From Candidatus Bathyarchaeia archaeon (GTDB lineage Archaea; Thermoproteota; Bathyarchaeia; Bathyarchaeales; Bathycorpusculaceae), in NCBI GenBank assembly GCA_038883855.1, contig JAVZLH010000016.1:1-22870 (forward strand): 22,870 nucleotides of DNA, read 5' to 3'. A model generated the notes under the pieces. It saw only the letters and a program-made list of their open reading frames with translations, was not told where the DNA came from and made no database searches. Made by a program: the position numbers and the translations under genes. Each line of letters begins with the position of its first letter. Positions within the stretch are counted from its first letter, which is position 1. Below are positions 16,245 to 22,870 of the stretch, one piece after another.

Positions 16245-17405
16245 TTATAAGCTTAACCCAATTCTCCATATTGCCATCTCATAATGCCTGTGACGTTCTG
16301 CTTTGGTTAATTTACCTGAAGCTACGGAAATAATTTCTCTAAATATTTTTTGTCCCATGTCTCTAATTGATAAACCATGTGAAAGAATTTTTCCAGCGTT
16401 TATATCGATGTCATCTTTCATTTTTTCAAAGGTCAAAGGATTACCTGTTACTTTGATAATTGGGGCTATAGGGTTTCCAGTGGCAGTTCCTCTACCAGTA
16501 GTAAAAATTATAAGTTGTGCACCTCCAGCAACCATCCCGGTAAGAGATTCAACATCACATCCTGGAGTATTCATTATCATAAGTCCCTTTTTGTTTACTC
16601 TTTCTCCATAATCAACTACATCAACAATTTTTGAACTGCCAGCCTTATAAATGGCTCCTAACGATTTTTCCTCTAACGTAGTTATTCCTCCAGCTATGTT
16701 TCCTGGCGTTGGTTGTCCCTCCCTTATACTTCCACCCAACAGTCTTATCTGCTCTTCATAATTCATGATGATCTCCAAGATCTTTTTCTTTACCTTCTCA
16801 CTAACAGCTCTCTTAGTCAAAATATGCTCAGCTCCAATGAGCTCGGTAGTTTCAGATAAAATCACGGTCCCTCCCTTTTTCACTATTAAATCCGAAGCAA
16901 AACCAACTGCAGGATTAGCAGCTATGCCTGAAGTCCAATCCGAACCTCCACATTCCGTGCCAACAATCAATTCAGATAAACTTGTTGTCTTCCTCCTTTG
17001 TCTCTGAGCCTCTTCTGACAATTTTTTTACGATTTTAACACCTTTTTTAATAGACTTTACACTTCCATTTTTATCCTGAATGTTGAAATGGTATACGGAT
17101 TTTCCAGACTTTGAAATTTCATCTGCTAACTTCTCTCCAGAAACAGCTTCGCATCCTAGTCCAACAACAAGTGCACCATAAACGTTAGAATTTAAACCAA
17201 GTCCCACGAGAGTCCTAAAGGTTTGATTCAAATCTTTCTCTATTTGACAGCAACCGCATGAATGAGATAATGCAATAACTCCGTTTACCTTTGATGCTAT
17301 TTCTTCCGCAACCTTATTCGCACAGATAACTGTTGGAATAATTGCAATGTAATTTCTAGTACCGTAAGATCCATCTGGACGTTCATAACCTGAGAAATAA
17401 TCCAA
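16245..17405 (-). CDS. UxaA/GarD/SuyB-family dehydratase large subunit (no SAF domain)
   Basis: GY.RPDG..G.RN, H..GC, GLGCE, ECGGSD.TSG..ANP..G, SETTE.IGAE, PTPGN..GG.TT.EEKSLG, FTTGRG and DIDINAG. TTG start with GGTGA RBS. Confidence 0.92.
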   Translation of the reverse strand: MDYFSGYERPDGSYGTRNYIAIIPTVICANKVAEEIASKVNGVIALSHSCGCCQIEKDLNQTFRTLVGLGLNSNVYGALVVGLGCEAVSGEKLADEISKSGKSVYHFNIQDKNGSVKSIKKGVKIVKKLSEEAQRQRRKTTSLSELIVGTECGGSDWTSGIAANPAVGFASDLIVKKGGTVILSETTELIGAEHILTKRAVSEKVKKKILEIIMNYEEQIRLLGGSIREGQPTPGNIAGGITTLEEKSLGAIYKAGSSKIVDVVDYGERVNKKGLMIMNTPGCDVESLTGMVAGGAQLIIFTTGRGTATGNPIAPIIKVTGNPLTFEKMKDDIDINAGKILSHGLSIRDMGQKIFREIISVASGKLTKAERHRHYEMAIWRIGLSL

Positions 17406-17492
17406 TAATCACCCATCCTACTTCTCTACATCATCTTCTCGAATTCTCGATTCTTTTAATATGTATACAAAAATAAAAATCTTATATTTCTG

Positions 17493-17647
17493 GTCCTGCG
17501 CGTGCAACGACTGCTTGGACATAGAGACTTGAGAAACACTTTGATTTACATCGCCCACAGCTTAGACGAAGCTTGCAGTTGCTTGAGGTAGGCTTTGAGT
17601 ACGTAACAGGCATGGATGGAGCCGCAATCTTCAGAAAACGGAAGTAG
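17493..17647 (+). pseudogene. Integrase C-terminal relic (third copy)
   Basis: Manual translation VLRVQRLLGHRDLRNTLIYIAHSLDEAC, then a frameshift, then LLEVGFEYVTGMDGAAIFRKRK*. Confidence 0.85.
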
Positions 17648-17663
17648 TCTTTTATGCTCGGAG

Positions 17664-17942
17664 TTAATCTTTTATGTCTTCTAGTAAACTCATTACGTTC
17701 CAAAGTTTTACCCGCGTGTAGGGTGGCATATTTGGATCCTGTAAAATCTCGTCTAATATTGATATGGCGTTTGAAGCTCTAACAGCGGGTGTGTATTCTG
17801 TTGTCTGCAAGGCGTCCATTGAATCTTTAGCAGCACGTCTAATGTTTCTGGGTGTTGTTGTGTCCTCGGATACTGCTCCCAAAACGGTTAACGCCTGTTT
17901 TATTCTTTCCTCATATTCTTGCATTTTCTTTTTCCTAACCAT
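17664..17942 (-). CDS. UPF0147 family protein
   Basis: D.T.PRNIRRAA, RA.NAISILDEI..DPNMP...R..LW motifs. Confidence 0.92.
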   Translation of the reverse strand: MVRKKKMQEYEERIKQALTVLGAVSEDTTTPRNIRRAAKDSMDALQTTEYTPAVRASNAISILDEILQDPNMPPYTRVKLWNVMSLLEDIKD

Positions 17943-18018
17943 GTCCGCACCCCTTTTGTTAAATCGTAGTAATCTTGTTATATAGGCTTTTATACCTATC
18001 TAGTTTGAGGTTTTAAAC

Positions 18019-18384
18019 TTGCCACGAAACAAAGTTGAAGAAGAACATATTAAACGAATGGCTGACCTGCTACGGCAAGGTTCAACACTAACAGAACTTG
18101 CGTGTCCGGCGTGTGCCTCACCGCTTTTTCGTCTAAAGGATGGAACATTATGGTGTGCGAAATGCGAGAAAAAAGTTATTGTCGTAAGGGAAGGAGAGGA
18201 GCCTGCAAAAATAACAAGCGCCCTAGCCCTTGACACCCTTGAAGCAACGCTTTTGGCAAAAATTAAAGAAATACAAACAAAAATGCAGAACAAGGAAAAC
18301 GTGGAGGAACTGCAGAAACTCAGTACCACCCTCTCTGGGCTTCTTGAAAACTTAGAAAAAATAAGAAAAATGAAGAGAGTTTAA
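18019..18384 (+). CDS. UPF0148 / Sjogren's syndrome-scleroderma autoantigen 1 (p27) family Zn-finger protein
   Basis: MADLLRQG.TL....CP.C.SPLF.LKDG..WC..C plus a C-terminal coiled coil; divergent from UPF0147. Confidence 0.88.
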   Translation: MPRNKVEEEHIKRMADLLRQGSTLTELACPACASPLFRLKDGTLWCAKCEKKVIVVREGEEPAKITSALALDTLEATLLAKIKEIQTKMQNKENVEELQKLSTTLSGLLENLEKIRKMKRV

Positions 18385-18388
18385 GGAA

Positions 18389-18898
18389 ATGCTTGGTTTC
18401 TACGAAGGTTTTCCAACAAGCGTTCACAAAACAGCAGTTTTCACCACTTTGGTTTCAAGCAAGAGACTGCAAGAACAGGTGATAAGGCTTTTTCACGAAT
18501 TGAACATCAACACCTTTAACTTAGAAGATGTCGCTGTTCCTTCAATACCTCAATGCATCCTAATTTTCGAGTTCGGAATAGCAGAAATTAACAACTTTAA
18601 TTACCTCGACGATGAAGAAATTACGAAAGTGTTAAAGGCTATACGTAAAAAACCACTGCAAACAATGGATTTCTTCTGTGCAATTCGCTATTACAAAAAA
18701 ACGGCGGAGAAAAAGAAACCTCTAAAATTTGATTACTACATGCTTCGCTTCTTATTCAACAAAAAAACTGTTGAAATTCTGGTTTTTCATGGAAAAGGGC
18801 CAAGATATCTCTCACCAGAAGACCTCATCACCTTTTTAACAAAGAAGATTAACGGGACGTCTCCAAGGAAGATATTAAAGATGTTGGAGTCTTCTTAG
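18389..18898 (+). CDS. Conserved hypothetical protein (169 aa)
   Basis: Starts right after the upstream gene with host-like codon usage. Motifs FEFGIAE, DFFCAIRYY, PLKFDYY and GPRY.SPEDL. No family recognised. Confidence 0.7.
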   Translation: MLGFYEGFPTSVHKTAVFTTLVSSKRLQEQVIRLFHELNINTFNLEDVAVPSIPQCILIFEFGIAEINNFNYLDDEEITKVLKAIRKKPLQTMDFFCAIRYYKKTAEKKKPLKFDYYMLRFLFNKKTVEILVFHGKGPRYLSPEDLITFLTKKINGTSPRKILKMLESS

Positions 18899-19494
18899 CG
18901 GTTTTTCTCCAAAAATCCTAGAACAACCTCTAAAATTTCATTTGCAACTTCCTTTATAGATTTGTTTCCGTTTACCATCACGAGTTCTCCATTCTCAACG
19001 AACTTCATGTAAACTTCCCGCACCTTACGCTGTGTTTCCAAATCTTCCATTACAGATCTTTTTTGTTTAAGTCTTTTAACCACTGTTCTTGGTTCTACAT
19101 CGATGAAAATCGCGAGGTCTGGGCGTATTGCATACTCATTTATCTTTTTAATCCATTCTAGGCTAAGTTCTGTTGCCCCTTGATAAGCCAGAGAAGAATA
19201 GACATAACGATCTGAAACAACTATTTTTCCCATTTTCAAGGCTGGTCGAATTGTGTTTTCAACATGTTCAAATCTGTCTGCGGCGAAAAGTAAAGCCTCA
19301 ACTACGCTTGAAACGCGTTTCTTGCGCTGTAAGCAGTATTTTTTGATAAACGTACCAATTTTGCCTCGGCTTGGCTCCGCAGTGTAAACAGCATTGTATT
19401 TTTTCCTAAGGTTCTTTACAAGCAATTTTGCTTGAGTTGTCTTTCCGCATCCATCCAGCCCCTCGAGGCATATGAAAAAGCCTGTTCCGCTCAT
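18895..19494 (-). CDS. tmk: Thymidylate kinase
   Basis: FICLEGLDGCGKTTQ P-loop, ALLFAADR..H, VVSDRY..SSLAYQG and PDL.IF.DV. Confidence 0.96.
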   Translation of the reverse strand: MSGTGFFICLEGLDGCGKTTQAKLLVKNLRKKYNAVYTAEPSRGKIGTFIKKYCLQRKKRVSSVVEALLFAADRFEHVENTIRPALKMGKIVVSDRYVYSSLAYQGATELSLEWIKKINEYAIRPDLAIFIDVEPRTVVKRLKQKRSVMEDLETQRKVREVYMKFVENGELVMVNGNKSIKEVANEILEVVLGFLEKNR

Positions 19495-19580
19495 GTTTTC
19501 AACCCATGATCTTTTACTGCATAAATGTAATAATATGTGTGTGCATAAAATAATTGTCTAACGCAAATGGAGAGTCGCTT

Positions 19581-20861
19581 ATGCCAACGAACTATTGGGG
19601 TGAAATAAAGGATCCGGTTCACGGCTACGTTTACATAACTGAGAAGGAAAAAGCGGTTATAGATTCATATCCAGTTCAGAGACTTCGAAGACTAAGGCAG
19701 CTTGCGGGTTCCGAGTATGTTTATCCAGGGGCGAACCACACGCGGTTTGAACATTCTGTTGGCGTTATGTATTTAGCTGGTAAGGTTGTGGAGAACCCTA
19801 ACATTTCGCGACGCATAAGCGGAGAAGAAGCGGAAATGGTTAGAATTGCGGCTTTGCTCCATGATGTGGGGCACGGCCCCTTCTCACATGTTTTTGAGCA
19901 CTTGCTGATTAAGGAGCTTGGCAAGACTCATGAGGACCTTACCTCATGGATCGTTGAAAGAAGCGAGCTAGCAGACATATTAATCAATATAGGCTTTGAA
20001 CCGAAAGAGGTTAGTAAACTGGCTGTTGGGAAACTTCACAAGCCTGAAAAAGCGTTCTTGGACCAGATAATTAGCAGCGCTATCGACGTGGACAAGCAAG
20101 ACTTTATTGTGCGAGATACACATCACACAGGGGCAGAATATGGCTTTATCGACATTTTTCGAATAATTCACGCACTAGATGTTTTAGGCGAAAACCTCGC
20201 GGTGGATTTAGGCGCTTTGTCAGCCCTTGAATCTTTTATAATAGCTCGTATAGAATCATTCAAAAGCATATACTTCCACCGTGTTGGAAGAGCAGCGCAA
20301 ATAATGCTTGCAATAGCTATGGAAAAGGCGAATAAAGAGCTTGGGCTAACAGATTTTAAAACTCCAGAGGAGTATTTGGCTATGGACGACTACACTGTTT
20401 GGGCGGCTTTAAAGAAATGTAAGGAATCAAGCAAGATAATAGGCGACCTTGAAAGGCGAAGGATACTGAAATGCGCTTATGAAAAGACCTTTTACGAAAA
20501 GGACGCTATGATTTCAAACATCTTCAGCCGTGCAGTTCACAGAGAACAACTGCAAAGAGAAATAGCCGAAGAAGCAAAAGTGAATACGGAAGCAATCATA
20601 ATAGATGTTCCAACAGTTCCGTCAGTGCCATATCACCACTCCGTTCTTATGGAGTCCATGGAAATTCCAGTATTTCAAAAGTTGGCAAATGGCAGAAAAG
20701 TTCCGCAAAAACTAAGCGAATTCTCAAAAATCTTTGAAACCCTCAAGGGTTTTATTAATATATTGCGCGTTTATACTTTTGAGGAAAACCGTGTGAAAGT
20801 TGGTAACGCAGCAGCGAAGATTTTAGGGAGAATCCCTTCAACAGCGAAAGTATCCTACTGA
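19581..20861 (+). CDS. HD-domain phosphohydrolase (SAMHD1/dNTP triphosphohydrolase-like)
   Basis: IKDPVHGY, QRLRRLRQL, YPGANHTRFEHS.G, AALLHDVGHGPFSH.FE, DVDKQD..VRD and IYFHR. Start 19581 (or 19554). Confidence 0.92.
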   Translation: MPTNYWGEIKDPVHGYVYITEKEKAVIDSYPVQRLRRLRQLAGSEYVYPGANHTRFEHSVGVMYLAGKVVENPNISRRISGEEAEMVRIAALLHDVGHGPFSHVFEHLLIKELGKTHEDLTSWIVERSELADILINIGFEPKEVSKLAVGKLHKPEKAFLDQIISSAIDVDKQDFIVRDTHHTGAEYGFIDIFRIIHALDVLGENLAVDLGALSALESFIIARIESFKSIYFHRVGRAAQIMLAIAMEKANKELGLTDFKTPEEYLAMDDYTVWAALKKCKESSKIIGDLERRRILKCAYEKTFYEKDAMISNIFSRAVHREQLQREIAEEAKVNTEAIIIDVPTVPSVPYHHSVLMESMEIPVFQKLANGRKVPQKLSEFSKIFETLKGFINILRVYTFEENRVKVGNAAAKILGRIPSTAKVSY

Positions 20862-20871
20862 AGTGTCCAAA

Positions 20872-21285
20872 ATGCGCGAACATGAAATAAAGTTAGTGGG
20901 GCGGGGAATAGTTGAAGGAAGATGTGTGGCAGAGGCTCTTGTATCCGCTAAACCTATTAGCTTTCTAGGAGGCGTCGACCCTGCCGACGGCAAAATAGTT
21001 GAGAGAAGTCACGATTTATGCGGCGAGTGCATCAAAGACAAGATTTTATGCTTTCCCCATGGACATGGCTCCACAGTCGGCAGCTACGTTCTATATGCCT
21101 TAGCTAAGAGAAAGCTTGCGCCAAAGGCAATAGTCAATAAAACCGCTGACCCTGTTGTCGTTGTAGGCGCCATAATGGCCAACATCCCGATGGTGGACCA
21201 AATAGACGTTAAAAAGCTTAGAACAGGTGATTTGCTTGAGGTTGACGCCTACGAAGGGTTGGTAAAAATTTTGAGAAGAAAATGA
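20872..21285 (+). CDS. Aconitase X swivel subunit (DUF126); probable phosphomevalonate dehydratase small subunit
   Basis: GR.IV.G...AEALVS..PISFLGGVDP..G and GSTVGSYVLY motifs. Start 20872 (or 20863). Confidence 0.92.
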   Translation: MREHEIKLVGRGIVEGRCVAEALVSAKPISFLGGVDPADGKIVERSHDLCGECIKDKILCFPHGHGSTVGSYVLYALAKRKLAPKAIVNKTADPVVVVGAIMANIPMVDQIDVKKLRTGDLLEVDAYEGLVKILRRK

Positions 21286-21300
21286 AGGGAGTTGAACTGC

Positions 21301-22476
21301 ATGTATTTGACAAAGGAAGAAGAGCGTATTCTTGACGGAGAGCATGGTTGGGTAAACCAAATATGCATGAAAATCCTCGTTAAACTAGGCGAACTTTTTA
21401 ATGCAACAAAACTCATCCGCATAAATTCAGCCCATGTTTCAGGGGTTTCCTACAAAACCCTCGGTGATGCACCAGTTGAGTTTTTAGAAGCCTTAGCGAA
21501 TTCTGGTGGGAAAGTGAAAGTTAAAGCAACTCTAAACCCCCATAGCCTCGACATGGAATACTTTCGTAAAAGATTAGGTGAAGACTTATGGCTGAAACAG
21601 TTAAAGGTTCTTAACATTTTTGAAAAAATGGGTTTCCAACGGTCTTTCACGTGCACACCTTACTATTTGAAAAAACCTAGGCGAGGTTCGCACTTGGCAT
21701 GGGCTGAATCCTCTGCTGTGGTCTACGCTAACTCGGTTCTTGAGGCGTGGACAAACCGCGAGGGGGGACCAAGCGCGCTGGCGGCAGCAATAATTGGGAA
21801 AACGCCAAACTATGGTGTGCACAAGCCAGAAAACCGCCGCCCAACAGTTTTGGTGAAGCTTGAAACACAGCTTAAAAATGAAATAGAATTTGGAGCTTTA
21901 GGAATTTTTTTAGGTAAAGCCTTAAGAGAAGAAATCCCCGCAATTTTGGACCTAGAAAACGCTTCCAAAGAAAATTTGAAGCAACTTGGAGCCGCTTTGG
22001 CTTCCGCTGGTATGGCGAACATGTTCCACTTTGGCGAAAAATTAGGGGATGCGCGTAAACTTGAAAAAATAACCGTAGAAACCGCAGACATAAAAAACAC
22101 GATAGAAAGTTTGACAACATTTTCCGAGGCAAAACCCGACCTAGTTTTCATAGGGTGCCCCCACTGCTCCATTAAAGAAATCATAAAGATTTCAAACATG
22201 CTTGGCAAAAGAAAAGTTAGAGGAGAAATGGAACTTTGGGTTTGCACTTCCCGCTTTGTCAAAGAAAAAGCAAAGAAACATGTGGAAAAACTTGAAAAGA
22301 GCGGATGCCACGTGATAACAGATACATGTGCAGTCGTAACATGGACGGAAAAGCTTGGAATAAAAACAATAATGACTAACTCCGCCAAAACAGCCTACTA
22401 CGCTCCAACCCTAAACAAAGCGGAAACCGCACTCGCCCCGTTTGAAAAATGCTTAAACACAGCCCTAAAAGGATAA
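21301..22476 (+). CDS. Aconitase X catalytic subunit (DUF521); probable phosphomevalonate dehydratase large subunit
   Basis: MYLTKEEE..L.GE.G, H.SGVSYKT.GD, TLNP, TCTPY, AWAESSAV.YANSV...RTN-like REGGPSALAAA, GCPHCS, DTC.VV and TNSAK.A.Y. Confidence 0.93.
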   Translation: MYLTKEEERILDGEHGWVNQICMKILVKLGELFNATKLIRINSAHVSGVSYKTLGDAPVEFLEALANSGGKVKVKATLNPHSLDMEYFRKRLGEDLWLKQLKVLNIFEKMGFQRSFTCTPYYLKKPRRGSHLAWAESSAVVYANSVLEAWTNREGGPSALAAAIIGKTPNYGVHKPENRRPTVLVKLETQLKNEIEFGALGIFLGKALREEIPAILDLENASKENLKQLGAALASAGMANMFHFGEKLGDARKLEKITVETADIKNTIESLTTFSEAKPDLVFIGCPHCSIKEIIKISNMLGKRKVRGEMELWVCTSRFVKEKAKKHVEKLEKSGCHVITDTCAVVTWTEKLGIKTIMTNSAKTAYYAPTLNKAETALAPFEKCLNTALKG

Positions 22477-22526
22477 GGTTTATTCGAACGGAAAACATTT
22501 TCCATGATGCCTCTTCAGCAAAAAGT

Positions 22527-22601
22527 GCTCCGGTAGTATAGTCCGGTCAAGTATTCCGGCCTTTCGAGCCGGAGACGCGGGTCCGAATCCCGCCCGGAGC
22601 A
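22527..22601 (+). tRNA. tRNA-Glu(TTC), intronless, CCA not encoded
   Basis: Acceptor GCTCCGG/CCGGAGC+A; anticodon arm CCGGC-CTTTCGA-GCCGG; T arm GCGGG-TCCGAAT-CCCGC. Confidence 0.95.
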
Positions 22602-22870
22602 TTAAATTTTAAGCTCATTTTAGGCTTATTTTAACTAAAAAAGACTTATTTGAGTCATTTTAGAAATTTCATTTCCAACACCTATTGTTAAATCGATTGT
22701 CGTGGTCACCCGTAAACTCGCAGCAGTCCAAGACAAATAAGCATGCGCTCTTTAACTGCTGGTTTGTGGGTTATCTCTTAAATTCTCAATTGACCTCAGC
22801 GCTGTTGCCGGAATCAAATCAAGAACCGATTTCAATAATAAACGAGTAGCGCATATGAAGTATTTTAGAG

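Noticed and set aside
17482-17703. 73-aa minus-strand ORF
   Set aside because: Antisense to integrase relic 3 and overlapping UPF0147.
3011-22388. Numerous 60-190 aa ORFs nested in or antisense to assigned genes (e.g. 7739..8200, 13783..14172, 21810..22388)
   Set aside because: Shadow frames of well-supported CDSs, with non-protein-like composition.
22602-22870. Integrated element starting after tRNA-Glu
   Set aside because: AT-rich, but no integrase or tRNA 3' duplication is visible before the window ends.

Overview
Archaeal chromosomal window, most likely Bathyarchaeia/TACK. This is inferred from class I LysRS, the UPF0147/UPF0148-tmk-HD-AcnX block, an intronless CCA-less tRNA-Glu, and the style of the integrase relics. 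Core genes (TIGR00300 ornithine cyclodeaminase-like, lysS, FAD oxidoreductase, cupin, tmk, HD hydrolase, AcnX small/large, tRNA-Glu) are interleaved with accessory material. (i) Three unannotated, internally deleted tyrosine-integrase relics keep the same 'GH..NTL.Y...FRKRK' 3' end. One runs into a tRNA 5'-half plus a palindrome (att-like), and all three lie beside AT-rich cargo-like enzyme genes (acetoacetate decarboxylase family, orphan UxaA large subunit). (ii) An archaeal version of the Bacillus ydjG/ydjI envelope-stress module has two YdjG-like Zn-ribbon paralogues (one frameshifted), a 4-TM protein, a helical protein and an SPFH-triple-Zn-ribbon protein, with no PspA or YdjH in the window. 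(iii) An acyl-CoA synthetase + SatP cassette is bracketed by a 14-bp direct repeat and has PrpE-like pocket residues. All family assignments are motif recognition by eye, with no database searches.
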